DNA of 64,000 bases from Haliotis rubra (GCF_003918875.1 NW_025765714.1:1426001-1490000); one strand, 5' to 3'; positions 30,001 through 45,000 are shown, counted from the stretch's first letter. Numbers and translations: made by a program. Notes: a model not told the origin generated them from the sequence alone.

Positions 30001-33000
30001 TTAAATCTTCTTCTTCTTCTTCTTCTTCTTAGATGAGTGTGTCTACCCAGAATGGCAAGTGATAGAAATTTTTAAAAAGATGCTGTTTAATGTTGTTTTA
30101 ACATCTTTTAAGTGTGCTTTTGTTGAACTTTTCCAGACAATGATGACATTAGCCAATATCAATCTGGGCAATATTATTTATATATTGTGTCCCCTTTCTC
30201 CCATTCCTCTAGGTGCACTGGTCGGTAAAACAAAGCAATAGGTTTCTCTAGCCTAACTAATGAATTGTTTTTAGCAATCTTTATCTGTATTAAGTCTTGA
30301 ATGAAATGTGTGTGTTTTTGTGTGAGGGCAAATACATTCCTTTCTTTACCATTGATTAAGAAGGTTTCTTAAAGCTCCAATACTTTTCATTCTTTAAAAC
30401 ATCACAATTTACAATGAATGATCACTGTATACCTTAAAACATTCTTATATGTTGTAATTGTTTATCCATGAAAAGCCCACACAAGTCTAGAAAATGTGGC
30501 AAGTCTAGATTTCCACAGCTTCAGGGTCTCTGAACATGAAGAAAGTCTCAGGGCTCCTTTTCATTATATTTTTTTTTTACTATGAACTTTTTTCTGTGAA
30601 ATATGTTCATTTCAGGGACTAGTTGTTAGTCTAGAAAATATCCACAGTAAATGTGTCATCAGTGAGCTAGGCAATGCCAGTATAACTTTATAAGTTAAAA
30701 GCATAGAAGTCATACTTAGCATGTGCGTTACAGTAGTGTCAACAGTATTGGAGACCTTCAAGCACATGGTGAGGAATCTCTAACAATGCCCTCCTCTCAA
30801 CTGTATACAATGGATGTGGCATTGAAACAAAGAACCACTTTGCTTGTTGGTTTCACATAGTTGGATATCAACTTCTGCTACTTGATATATACACAGGGGT
30901 TACAGGATGCATGAATGAGACATGGTTCTGACAACATGAGTACAGATCATCAGTTTTACGAAAGTTTCTGAAACTATAGTCTTCTCTCAAAAGGCATTTT
31001 ATCTACTCAGTTTTTTTGCAGACTTTAAAATACTGCAACCAGTTGGGCAATGTTTTCATATAAATATTTACCTCATCCCTTGACCTGGGGTTGATGTGTG
31101 TTGTATGTAGCTTCCAGAGACACATGGAGCTTGTTGTGAGTCTTCCTGGAGCCTTGGCATCGGTCAGATGGCATTGGGGACAAAAACAGAGAGGGGACAG
31201 GGTGCTTTTAAATAAGTCACCAAATCTATGGATAAAGACTCACTCAGAACAATAATAGATAAAGAAGATTCACACGGAACTGAAAATGCAATAATAAATC
31301 TGTAACCAAGGTATTTTACAAAAAAACTTGAAATGAGTCATTTTATGAAAATCCTTGGTCTGTATCTCTACTCAGATGTGTGCATTGTTGGTCGTTGTGG
31401 TGTGTAGACCATGTGGAGAGAGAACCTACTAGAGAGTAAACGGTATCTCAGCATTGTATCCATGCAGATCAGGAATGGCTTTATCAAATTATCTCATTCC
31501 TGGTTAAATCTCAACAGTTTCACAACCGGCCAAGCTCTATAATATGTAATGAGGGTTAACTTACTGGGAAGCTGTTTCCAGCAGTGGGTGAGAGAAGTGT
31601 GAGACAAGCACATGGTAGGTAGTCTTCCAGGGGGGGAACAAATGACCCGTGGCAGCTGATACTGGCATTCCAGTCAACAACTCAGCTAGTATGTGTATGA
31701 CACTGAGATATGCAGGTACTGGAAAAATATTCCTGTTAATGTGTGTAATTCTACATATAGTATGTTATCAAGTCATATGTTGACGGCTGTCTTCAGTTCC
31801 ACCTTAATAGGGCCAGTCTTGTAGAATATATCAAATCAAATCAAATCAAATATATTTATTGTGCAAACGTTCCATACAGAAACAGTGACAATATTCTATA
31901 AACTACATAAACAAGATATATAATGAATCACATATATATGATGAGCAACAAAACATATAATAATACAAATGTGTATAATAATAATAATGGCCTAGCACAA
32001 TCAGATCTTCTATATTTGTTTAAAGTTGTACATGTGGTAGCAAATAATTTCTATAGTATTTGGATCATTATTTCTAAAAAGAAGGTTAAATTTTTCAGTG
32101 GTAGTAAGTCTGAGAAAGTTATTAATTTTAGAGGAAAGGGAGTTAAATAAGGACTTTCTTGCATCTGAATATTTAGTGCAACACATGAAATGGTGTTGTT
32201 CATCCTCAAGGACAGAGCATTTATCACACAGACGGTCCTCCAAAGGGGTAGGTGGTCTTGTTCTCCTACCCAGTTCAATTTTTAGTCTGTGATCACTCAG
32301 TCTTAGTTTTGTGAAGTGGATACGGTGTTTTTTTATTTTGCAGTGTTGCTGGGCAGAAACAGAAATATGTCAGAGCATTAATATTCTTCACTTATGCTCT
32401 TTTCTATGGTTCAATAAAGAGAATGTGTGTCTGCATGCTATATGTACTACGTTGTACGATTCTGTGTAATTACCTTTTTGATCTGCAAACATCTGGTATG
32501 CCAACCACAGTTTCATAGTATGTAACTAACCATTCTACGTACAGAAACAATGACTGGATGGTATATGCTACCACAGTGCACAGGATCTCAAATGAAACAT
32601 CTCATTTGTCAGTATTTGCTGTTTAGCAGTCTTTGACCTTTAACATGTATTAATTTAAACATTATCACAGCCATATCATGTTCCTGAGCAGTATACAGTA
32701 CACCTAGTTGACTTTTACATCAAAACAGAAGTGGAAAGAGGTATTTCACAGATCTGAAGGGTCTCTATACACCAACACGGTTCATGTTACCTTGTATGCC
32801 AGGGATCACAGAACACCTGACGGACTGTGGACTGTTTCAGTGATTGTCACAGAACACCTGATGACAGAACACCTGATGAACTGTTTCAGTGATTGTCACA
32901 GAACACCTGATGAACTGTTTCAGTGATTGTCACAGAACACCTGATGGACTGTTCCAGTGATTGTCATAGAACACCTGATGAACCGTGGACTGTTCCAGTG

Positions 33001-36000
33001 ATTGTCACAGAACACCTGATGGACTGTGGACTGTTTTAATGATTGTCACAGAACACCTGATGGACTGTTTTAATGATTGTCACAGAACACCTGATGGACT
33101 GTGGACTGTTTTAATGATTGTCACAGAATACCTGATGGACTGTGGACTGTTTTAATGATTGTCACAGAACACCTGATGGACTGTGGACTGTTTTAATGAT
33201 TGTCACAGAACACCTGATGGACTGTGGACTGTTTTAATGATTGTCACAGAACACCTGATGGACTGTGGACTGTTTTAATGATTGTCACAGAACACCTGAT
33301 GGACTGTGGACTGTTTTAATGATTGTCACAGAACACCTGATGGACTGTTCCAGTGATTGTCACAGAATACCTGATGGACTGTGGACTGTTTTAATGATTG
33401 TCACAGAACACTTGATGGACTGTGGACTGTTTTAATGATTGTCACAGAACACCTGATGGACTGTGGACTGTTTTAATGATTGTCACAGAATACCTGATGG
33501 ACTGTGGACTGTTTTAATGATTGTCACAGAACACCTGATGAACTGTTTCAGTGATTGTCACAGAACACCTGATGGACTGTTCCAGTGATTGTCACAGAAC
33601 ACCTAATGGACTGTGGACTGTTTTAATGATTGTCACAGAATACCTGATGGACTGTGGACTGTTTTAATGATTGTCACAGAACACCTGATGAACTGTTTCA
33701 GTGATTGTCACAGAACACCTGATGGACTGTTTCAGTGATTGTCACAGAACACCTGAAGGACTGCACTGTTTCAGCGATTGTGACAAAACATTTGTTTTTA
33801 TGGCGCTTATGGACTATGTAATGTTTAAAGGACTCAAACTAAAAAAGCTACTGTGACTACTGCAGAGTATTTCAAGTTGGTTGGAATAGAAGGCAGGTCA
33901 TTCAACAGAATTGCAAAAGTTGTGTTCGTATCACATCAGCAGCAAGATAATTGTATTTCGTCACTCAGCACCATTATGCCATGGACAACATCATGCATGA
34001 ATGCTAGTTGATAAAGGTGTTGACATATAGCCCCGTAACAGTGAAACAGTTTCCACCCAGACTTCTGGAAAGGGAAGCAATGGGGCAGATGGCATCAAAT
34101 GTTCCTGACATGATTTGATTTCCAGAGATAGAGAAATATTTCTCCAGCTGTGAACAGTGTTGCTGTGTTGTCTGAGGAAGCCACCATTGATCTGCTGGCT
34201 CTTCAGTCCATGTGTCTCACTGGTCACTGACTCACACACAGTCAAGGGGAAACACATTGTGAATATTTTTACACCTGGAGGAGAGATCTGCTTTCCTTTG
34301 CTCCTCCAGTCATGAACTGCACCACACAGGCCAAGGGCTGAAAAGCACCATTTAGGATAGGTTCTGTACTTCAATGAAGTATTGACATACAAAATTAGAA
34401 CTTTGGATCTGACATGATTACATGGTTTGTTAAAGGTTTTGTTAACTTCTTTAGTTTTAACATTGTATCAGTCAGTATTTGTATGGGGAGACAACCCTGA
34501 GTACATTTATATTGTAGTACCAACAATGCTTATAGGTACCAGATTATATCTTGCAATAAGTCCTTCTGTCTGACGTGATTTATGTCGATCATTAAAATCA
34601 GTTTAGTGTCTTTCTTCTTTTAAGGTACATCCTATTTTCTCACTACAATTATGTACATGCATCAGGTACATTTATATAATTATTCAGTTCTGCAAATAAT
34701 ATAATTGATTTTATGGACATCTAGAGAACCTAATTACAAACATATACAGCCAAACATTGAGAAGAGACATCAAAAGATGGGTATGTGGAAATTGCCAGGA
34801 TTCACTTATGTTGTTGATTTTCCAGTATCATGAAAGCCCCAGGTACCTAATTATCACTTCCTGTAGTTTGTGATAAGATGTATGTAAGTACTGATATTAT
34901 GTAGGTAGCAACTGATAGTGCTTGGTTCATACTGACCTACTTCATTGGCTGGCACAGAAATAGATGAACCCAGATTTCATGTTGATGAATTACCGTTCAT
35001 GTGGAAGATTTCTTTAAAATGTTGAAGGTAGAAATGTATATGTCATGCAATGATATGTATTTTCTGTTTCACTCAGACTTGATAATCAAAATGTCTTCAG
35101 GAGACATTGATGTTTCAATAAATAAACATTGATAATGTGGACTTGTAGGCGTTGCAGTGGTAATGGTTGTTACAGCAGGGGTTCTGTATAGCCTCCACAC
35201 CATCTCCTGGCCTGCACAGAATGTGCTATGTAGTCTATAGCCTTGGATCTAATCTCTCCATTCCCTAGAGAATAACTAATCCTACTCGAGTCTAGAATAA
35301 TTTTGCAAGTCTAGATTGTCCTTTAGAAATTAAGGACTGTTCTTGGCCACTTTTGGATTTGTTTTGTAAATAAATATATTTGTGCACATTCTGTCATCAA
35401 TGTGAATCCAGATATAAGCACATGGTGGATGCCTACTTATAATAACTGCAGTAATGCCACTCACACACTGGTATCACTGTCTATCCATATGACCCTTCCT
35501 AAGTCTAGCCTGCTACAAGGTATAGTGTGTAGTCCATGTTATTCCTGACTACCTCACTGGTATCACTGTCTATCCATATGACCCTTCCTAAGTCTAGGGA
35601 CCCGTGAAGATCCGGGGTAGAATAGGTCTTCAGCAACCCATGTGCTTGCCATAAAAAAGGCGACTATCTTGTCGTAAGAGGCGACCAACGGGATCGGGTG
35701 GTCAGTTTCGCTGACTTGGTTGACACATGTCATCGGTTCCCAATTGCGCAGATCGATGCTCATGCTGTTGATCACTGGATTGTCTGGTCCAGACTCGATT
35801 ATTTACAGACCGCCGCCATATAGCTGGAATATTGCTGAGTGCGGCTGAAACTAAACTCACTCACTCACTCACTCCTAAGTCTAGCCTGCTACAAGGTATA
35901 GTGTGTAGCCCATGTTATAGAATGTGTGGTCGGGGACTGCCACTTGATTGTACAGCAGTACAGGAGGACATGTTTAACATGGAAATCATGGAAATCTCAA

Positions 36001-39000
36001 CCTGAGTATTGTGGTGATATTTGGAAACCAATGTGCTGAAGCCGTGAAAACACAGGACAATCCTAATTCCAAGGATACTGTGATTACTACTTATCAATCC
36101 ACCCCATTGATAAACAGCCGACACTACTTCCTGCTGCAATGGATTATGGGGGATATGTGTGACTGTCAGCTGACACTAAGTGATGTTGCAGGCTGACAGA
36201 TACTGTCTAGATAGAAATATACACATATAGATAGCAGCCGATTGCTCCTGGTGAACTGTCCAACTGGGGGCTCTCTATGGGGTGATAAAGAAGTGTTCTG
36301 CACCTGTTACCTTGAGACTTGGCAGTGCTGTTTAACTCAACATCAGGGCACAGAACACTGGGTACATGGTGTTAGCACTATACATTTGTCACATATCACA
36401 GCTTCTACTGAAACCAATCTAGAATCTCTGATATCTCGAAAGTTCAAAGCAGAGCTACAGATCCATTTGTGTAAGGGAAAGGAATTTCAGATTAAATTGG
36501 GCAGAAATGTATAATAATATTGTGTACATCTATGCCAGGTTGAAGCCCCAACCCTCAAGCCTCCTTCTTTCTCTATTAGGTCTAGGGGTCTATTGCAGCA
36601 TTAATCTCCTATGTTCAATCACGGATAATGTGAGACAATCATTGTTACAAAGATGTCCAGATGACTCCCTGTTGTTGTCTAGACTCAGTACATGCAGTGT
36701 TGACTGTTGTGTTTCTTATGTTTCAGGGCTACCTGGAGTACCTGGAGAAACTGTCACTGAATGCTGTGAAAGAAGAGGACCTCAAATGTCTCTTCAGCAA
36801 TATACGGGATATATATGAATTTGGAAGGTACATTGTTTAGCTTTATCATCCAAAACTGTGTTCCACAGGAGGTATTGCTTGTGTGAGATCAAACGATATC
36901 TCCTAGGAGATACCGTTTTGACAGTAGATTTTGTACAATACCTTAACAATGCTATGACATTATGAACTTCATGACGTCACAATGCTATGACATCACTGCA
37001 CTGCAAGTCTAATGGTAGTACTGTGTTCAGAGATGTACATTTTTATCCCCCCGGCATGTAATGCGTCCGTCTGTCCGTCCGTCCGATCCGATTGATTTTG
37101 TTTTTGTTTCGAGCATAACTCCAAGACCGTTTGATATTTTTCAACAAAAATTGGTAGATATATCAAACAGAACCTAAGGTGGTGACTTTTACTATTTACA
37201 GATTTTTTTCATTTTTATTTTTCTCGGTTTCCATGAAACGTTTTGGACTTAGTCTTAAAGGGAGGGGTGGGCTTTGTTTCCGGAGCATAACTCAGAAACC
37301 GTTCAGTATTTTTCTGCAAAACTTGGTAGATATATCAAACAGAACCTAAAGGGGTGCCTTTTGCTATTTACAGATATTTGTGATTTATTATTTTCATGGT
37401 TTCCATGGAAGCGATTCGGACTTAGTCTCAAAAAGGAGGGGTGCGCTTCGTTTCCGGAGCACAACTTGAAAACCGTTCAATATCTTTCTACAGAACTTGG
37501 CAGATATATGAGACAGATCTTGAAGTGGTGCCTTTTGCTATTTGCAGATTTTTGTCATATTTATTTTTTTCGGTTTCCATGGAAATGTTTCGGACTTAGT
37601 CTCAAAAGGGAGGGGTGGGTTTCGTTTCCGGAGCACGCCGCGAAAACTTCTTAATATCTTTCAACAAAACTTGGCAGATATGTTAGGCAGATCCCAAAGT
37701 CATGCCTTTTAGTCTTGACATCTTTTTGGCATTTTTCTTTTTCTCGGTTTCCATGGAAACGATTCAGACTTAGTCTCAAAAGGGAGGGGTAGGTTTTGTT
37801 TCCGGAGCACAACGCGAAAACTTCTTAATATCTTTCAGCAAAACTTGGCAGATATGTTAGGCAGATCTTGAAGTGGTGCCTTTTGCTATTTGCAGATTTT
37901 TGTCATTTATGTTTTTCCATGATTTCCATGGAAACGATTTGCACGTAGTCTAAAATCAAGCTGGACTTCAAGTAACTGTCAGATGATTTGTTCTTTCAAA
38001 GATGTGGGGGCCGGGCGGATATGTCATCTTCTGATGACTCTTGTTCATTGAAAACTAAACGCTCATTGATAAAAGTAAAATATGTAAGGGGTGGGGGTGA
38101 GTAATGACATAGTGAGGGATGTAAGGGGTGGGGATGAGTTCTGACACAGGGAGGGATGTAAGGGGTGGGGTGAGTACTGACATAGTGAGGGATATAAGGG
38201 GTGGGGGTGAGTACTGACATAGTGAGGGATGTAAGGGATGGGGGTGAGTACTGACATAGTGAGGGATGTAAGGGGTGGGGGTGAGTACTGACATAGGGAT
38301 GGATGTAAGGGGTGGGGGTGAGTACTGACATAGTGAGGGATGTAAGGGGTGGGGGTGAGTACTGACATAGGGATGGATGTAAGGGGTGGGGGTGAGTACT
38401 GATAGGGAGGGATGTAAGGGTGGGGGTGAGTACTGACATAGGGATGGATGTAAGGGGTGGGGGTGAGTATTGACATAGGGATGGGGTTGGGAACACTGAC
38501 ATAGGGATGGATGTATTGGGGTGGAGGTGAGTACTGACATAGGGATGGGGTCGGGGGCACTGACATAGGGATTGATGTATTTGGGTGGAGGTGAGTACTG
38601 ACATAGGGATGTATTGGGGTGGGGGTGAGTACTGACATAAGGATGGGGTTAGGGGACACTGACATAGGGATGGATGTATTGGGGTGGGGGGTGAGTATTG
38701 ACATAGGGATGGGGTTGGGGACACTGACATAGGGATGGATGTATTGGGGCGGAGGTGAGTATTGACATAGGGATGGGGTCGGGGGCACTGACATAGGGAG
38801 TGATATATTGGGGTGGGGGTGAGTATTGACATAGGGATGGATGTATTGGGGTGGAGGTGAGTATTGACATAGGGATGGGGTTGGGGACACTGATATAGGG
38901 ATTGATGTATTTGGGTGGGGTGAGTATTGACATAGGGATGGGGTTAGGGACACTGACATAGGGATGGGGTTGGGGACACTGACATAGGGATTGATGTATT

Positions 39001-42000
39001 GGGGTGGGGTGAGTATTGACATAGGGATGGATGTATTGGGGTGGAGGTGAGTATTGACATAGGGATGGGGTTGGGGACACTGATATAGGGATTGATGTAT
39101 TTGGGTGGGGGTGAGTATTGACATAGGGATGGGGTTGGGGACACTGACATAGGGATGGGGTTGGGGACACTGACATAGGGATTGATGTATTTGGGTGGGG
39201 GTGAGTATTGACATAGGGATGGGGTTGGGGACACTGACATAGGGAGTGATATACTGGGCATCGAGGGGATTGGTGGAGGCTCATGTAGGGATGAGGTCAT
39301 GGATTCCAAAATAGGGAGTGATGTGATAGGTTGGAGAAGGGTGAAGACTGATATAGGGGTTACTGATATAGGAATGAGATTGGGGACATTGAAATAGGGA
39401 GTGATATGTTTGTGTGGGGAGGGGTGAAGGCTAATATAGGGATAAGGTGAGTTCTGGCACATACAGTGAGTAAATACAAATCAGGAAGCTAGACAGCATT
39501 TGGTAACACAGCAGTGTAAGGAATGGGAAATCCATACATAGTATTTTTTCTTCTAGAAGTGTTGAATACTCATTTGTTTATCTCGCCTGCTAAAAGATGT
39601 TCCAGAACCTGATAAACATCAAAGTGCAATGCCATTGCCTGAGGTGATATATACACCGTGAAGCATGTACACAGCTGCTGAACCAGGCACCATGTCACAA
39701 CGGCAGAGCAAAGCTCAAATATCTGTCACATCATGACGATGAAAGTTTATGTGTGAGGATGTCAAGTTGTCAATATTTGAATTTTATGGTTTATGTTTAG
39801 GACTCAGCCGATTACAAATGTTTAACATATTTACAAGTTGCGAATAAGAGAGGTCTTGTGCAGGATACATGTGTGTTTTGGGTGTAACCTTTGCCTCAGT
39901 ATGAAGGAGGGTAAACTACTGCATGACATGTAGCTATGTGTTACACAAGGATGTGATGTATCTGGTCATGTGTTGGTTGCAGGTTGTTTCTGTGGGAGGT
40001 GGAGAAGTGTGATGGGGACCCTGTCAAGGTGGCCGAGTGCTTTGTCAGGAACAATGAGGGCTTTGTCATCTACACTGACTACTGCACCAACTACCCCAGG
40101 TGGGTGCCCGGGCTTATCACCCTCGCCCCAAATGTTACTATTGATCTGTATGATGATCCTATAACATGCCATTACCTGGCACAAGGTCTACTCAAACAAA
40201 GAAGACAACTATTGACTTTCAGAGATTTTAAGGTTATCATGCAGCTATTATTCATTTTCTTGACAAGACTTGTGAATGATAAACTGTGTTTGATTTTTTA
40301 CAGTTGAAATGGTATGCTAGACTGCAATCTTTGTATATCATAAATTTAGCTGTTGTATAGATCAGGTAAACTCTACAAAGCTCTCTCGGGAATAAGAACA
40401 GCCATGTCAAGGTACTTGCCATCTAACAGCAAGTGGGAAATTGACTTTGTCAGGATGAGAAATATTGACTTAATAAAACTAAACATGGGAGCAAGTCCCT
40501 TGTGAAAACTCACAAATTTGCCTCTGGCAACTGACAACATTGTCACACTTTTCACCCACACATTTTCTCTCAAATCTTGTTCTCATGGTAATACACTTTG
40601 TCATCTTGGAGCACCCACACCCTTGACACAGAAACACGAAAATTATGTTTGGTCCATGTCGATTACACAATAGAATTGCCACATCTCACTGTGTTTGCTT
40701 TATCAGGGGGACTCCACTGCGCAACTGATTTCATTGAGGTTCAGCAAGACAATGTGTATTTGTTAGAACAACACACCTGGCCAGTCCTCCAACCACCGAA
40801 CTAATGCTATTAGACTGCACACATGCTATTTGATAGTAATTTGGGATCCCAGTTTGCAATGTGTTGAAGGAACATTGTCAAGCTGTACACCAGGGTAGGG
40901 TTGTCACAGATACTGTCTGGCTGTATTACACGTCCAACTGCCCCCTGTGTATCCCCACATGGGTACAATGTGTGAAGCCCATTTCTGGTGTCCCCTGCCG
41001 TGATATTGCTGCAATATTGTTACAAGAGGCTTAAAATCCAACTCACTCACTCACTGTACCAATATGTAAGCATTCTCTATATAGCACCCATACTAAAACT
41101 GACAATTTATCGACTGACCATTCAAGATAATGCATGCAATGCTCAGCTGTCATTGTTTATGCATCTCCACATTAAGACCCACATATGTCATGAAATGATT
41201 AAGTTCCAGTGAGACAATATCCTAGTATTTCCATTTTCATCATGCATCTCCCCATCGCAGATGTAGTAGCATATCTAATTATGCAAAACTGTATAGAAAG
41301 GTTACTGAAGGTCCATCTGTTCTTATTTCAAAATAAGTGCATATGTTTACAAACAAAAGAATGGTTTTGTCACATGAGAAGCCTACACAAAGGTTGTGCT
41401 AACGGCAGCAGTAACTTTTCTCGTGGAAAACTGCCAAGCAGGGCTGAGTAAACGTGAGGGTTATTGACTAAACAATGCCTCAGATCAGTCAATGTACTGT
41501 AGCCTTAACTCAATATGTATGGTTTTAGTACAGCAACCCATTTTACTTTTACTATTTAGCATGTGAAATGCTTATCATGGCAAATACGGTAATGGCTTTC
41601 AGAAAACAACAGATACATATGAAGGATTCAGAGAGAAATTCTTTCCCTTGCTATGGAAACAAATCCCTGAACTGTTTCAGAAAGACATTCAAAGGCGTTA
41701 ACTTTACAAATAAACAGGTTTCTTTTTCTCAATGGGTGTGTTCTAATAATTTCTTGACTAGGCAGTGTGTGGAGTTGCTGTGTTTGCAGATGTTGATAGT
41801 GTCATTGTTCACCTGACTGCCAATCCCTCTCTGTTTGATCTGGGATGTAGTAATTGTCTCACCTCTGTGTACAGTCACAGGAAAGTTATTTAAATTACCG
41901 GTATCAGGTATAAACATGGCTTAAGGGAATATTATTCTTGAAAGAGATATTGTTCTTCATGAATCAATGAAAAAATATTGTGTAGAGATATGTACAATAA

Positions 42001-45000
42001 GGTATCAAAGTTGATACATACCAAATTTACAAAAACTGCGGGTTGATCAACATGTGGTATTTCTAATCCCAGTCACTTTCCACAGGATTCTATTAGAAAT
42101 GCCGACATGTTTTCAAATGATTTTTTTCTTACTGAAATCCCATATATATTAATCTCCATGATTGCAGTGGGAATAGTGTCCCTGAAGTTAAATGACAATG
42201 TTTTGTGTGTTGTATGTGTGTAGCTATCAATATTGGACTTGACTTCCATGTTGTACAGGAATAGTGTCCCTGAAGTTAAATGACAATGTTTTGAGTGTTG
42301 TATGTGTGTAGCTATCCTTGAAGTTACAGGAATAGTGTCCCTGAAGTTAAATGACAATGTTTTGTGTGTTGTATGTGTGTAGCTATCTATATTGGACTTG
42401 ACTTGCATGTTGTACAGGAATAGTGTCCCTGAAGTTAAATGACAATGTTTTGTGTGTTGTATGTGTGTAGCTATCTATATTGGACTTGACTTGCATGTTG
42501 TACAGGAATAGTGTCCCTGAAGTTAAATGACAATGTTTTGTGTGTTGTATGTGTGTAGCTATCTATATTGGACTTGACTTGCATGTTGTACAGGAATAGT
42601 GTCCCTGAAGTTAAATGACAATGTTTTGAGTGTTGTATGTGTGTAGCTATCAATATTGGACTTGACTTGCATGTTGTACAGGAATAGTGTCCCTGAAGTT
42701 AAATGACAATGTTTTGTGTGTTGTATGTGTGTAGCTATCTATATTGGACTTGACTTGCATGTTGTACAGCGCCGTGGAAGTGCTCACTCGCTACATGATG
42801 GATCCGCAGATGTCGGAGTTGTTCAAACAGCGTCAACTTGCCCTGGGGCATGGGCTGCCCTTGGGGGCATACTTACTCCGCCCTGTGCAGAGGATACTCA
42901 AGTATCACCTGCTGTTACAGGTATGTTGTGGGAGGGGTTAGGTTTGGATGTGGGGGTCAGTTTGGCAGACAATAGTACTGGGTGGGGAAATGTGGTGGGT
43001 AGCTGACATCAAATCTTTAATATTCCCTATTAAGAAAACAATGTGTTCCACATTAAGCAGCAGTTATTGCAGATATTGAGGTAGATATTGGTGTGTAGGT
43101 AGTCGGCATTAGGGCTGGTTAAAAAGATCAATAATCAGAAATATCATCGATGGGAATCATTATTAATTTTTATCGATAAGAAAATTGTGTAATCAATAAT
43201 GTCGTACATCAACCATTGTGATGAAATGATTTTTATATTTACTCAGACAATACACAAAGGTAGGTCCTACTTCATAAGCTGCTGCTAGAGTATGTTCAGG
43301 ATGGTGTGTTGCTGGTAATCCAAGCCTACACATGTCACCTGAAACAACTGATGTGAAATGTATTCATTTCTTTGAGATGTTTTTGTCAATTTTGCTCAAA
43401 GTTACAACGATATGTATCAATAATTGATGGATATTCATTTAACGATGATCGATGTCTATGATCTATGTCAATAGCCATCCCTAGTCGGCATAGCATGGCT
43501 CTACGTCTACATCTGTCACACTGATAATATTGAGAAATCCTTTTTTCACCTTTTATACAATCATGAACTAAGGATTTCTGGGTCAATGTAGAGAACTTGG
43601 TTTTCCTTGGTTTACTGTTACTTACTTGGCCTTTGCTCCATGATCTCAGGCAAATGCCTCAATTTTGTAATGTGGTAATTACGCTGGTATTCTATTTCAG
43701 AACATTTTGAAGTTTTTTGACAAGGACAAATCAGGATATGACACATTGAACAAAGCCTTCAAACACATGACCGAGATGGCCCACCACATCAACGAGATGA
43801 AGCGTAAACATGAGCATGCTGTCCGCATCCAGGAGATACAGAGCCAGCTGGAGGAGTATGCGGGTGAGGACCTCATTCGACTAGGGGACCTGGTCCTGGA
43901 GGTAAGTTCAAAAGAGACATCAAACTCCAGACAGACTAACCAGAAGCCGCTGTAACACTGCTCTATGTTTGAGTGATCAACAGCTTGTTTCTGCATGTTC
44001 CTGGTGTGTTGCAGGGTCCGTTCCGAGTGTATGGCGCCAAGGCATCACGCCAGGTGTTCCTGTTTGAGCGTGAGATCCTCATCAGCAAGAAGAAGGAAGG
44101 TGGGATGCTGGGCTGCAAGGCATCCATTCAGGTAACCCTTCACACACAACAGTGAGGCATGAGTACATCATTTACTGTATTTTCATCCTCACCATCCTCA
44201 CTAGCAAACACCCTGTCTCACATTAGTTTATTGTCCTCAAGTATCTACAAACTTTCTTTAATGGCGGTGGGGTAGCCTACAGGTTAAAGCGCTCTCTCGT
44301 CACGCAGAAGACCCAAGTTCGATTCCCCACATGGGTACAATGTGTAAAACCTATTTTCTGGTGTCCCCCACCGTGATATTGCTGGAATATTGCTAAAAGT
44401 GGCGTAAAACTAAACTCAATCATTCTTTAATGGAAACAGTGTATCACATTCAAGTTCTGTGACAGATCTGCCTAACACATTCTTATGATATCTTCTTCCT
44501 ATTATACCCCTGCTGCTCCATGTGTTCACAGCTGGCCAACCTGATGCTGGTGGAGGTGATCCCCAATGAGCCTCTGAGCTTCCACCTTATACCCTTCGAC
44601 AACCCTCGGGCCCAGTTTACACTGCAGGTAGGTGCACTCAGTCATCTCTGTCTACAAAACTACTGTAATCATATATATTTTCACGGGGTGCAATTTTCGC
44701 GGAAAGTTCACAAAAGACCTGTTAGCGCAGTTGCTTTTTCGTGCATTTCAAACACCTGAGTGATGGTATCCATCACAAAGTTTTCACAACCAATAGACAT
44801 GCAGTGATCAAAGCTAGCCCCCATAATTGAATCGTGTTTACTGCAACAGTCTGAGAGAGGTGTGGGATCAACATGACAATACCTGTACCATGTGCGAGAT
44901 CAACTGACAACGAATTAAGGAAGAGTGTATACCAGTACTTACGATAATTAAACATAGAAATCATAAAGTAGTGTTTGTTGTTTATGAACACGTGTCATTC

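Noticed and set aside
32807-33782. Hammerhead ribozyme-like motif CTGATGA-ACTG-TTT-CAGT-GATT in some units
   Set aside because: The required GAAA after stem II is absent (GATT), most units have CTGATGG, and stems I/III are not evident.
37996-39462. Pro/His/Tyr-rich extensin-like ORFs on the minus strand (up to 383 aa)
   Set aside because: Open in all three frames because of C-rich repeat composition; antisense within an intron; no signal peptide or gene structure.
44263-44330. tRNA gene (also 54240-54307 and 55620-55687)
   Set aside because: The tRNA-like heads continue into a shared SINE body and tail with TSDs.
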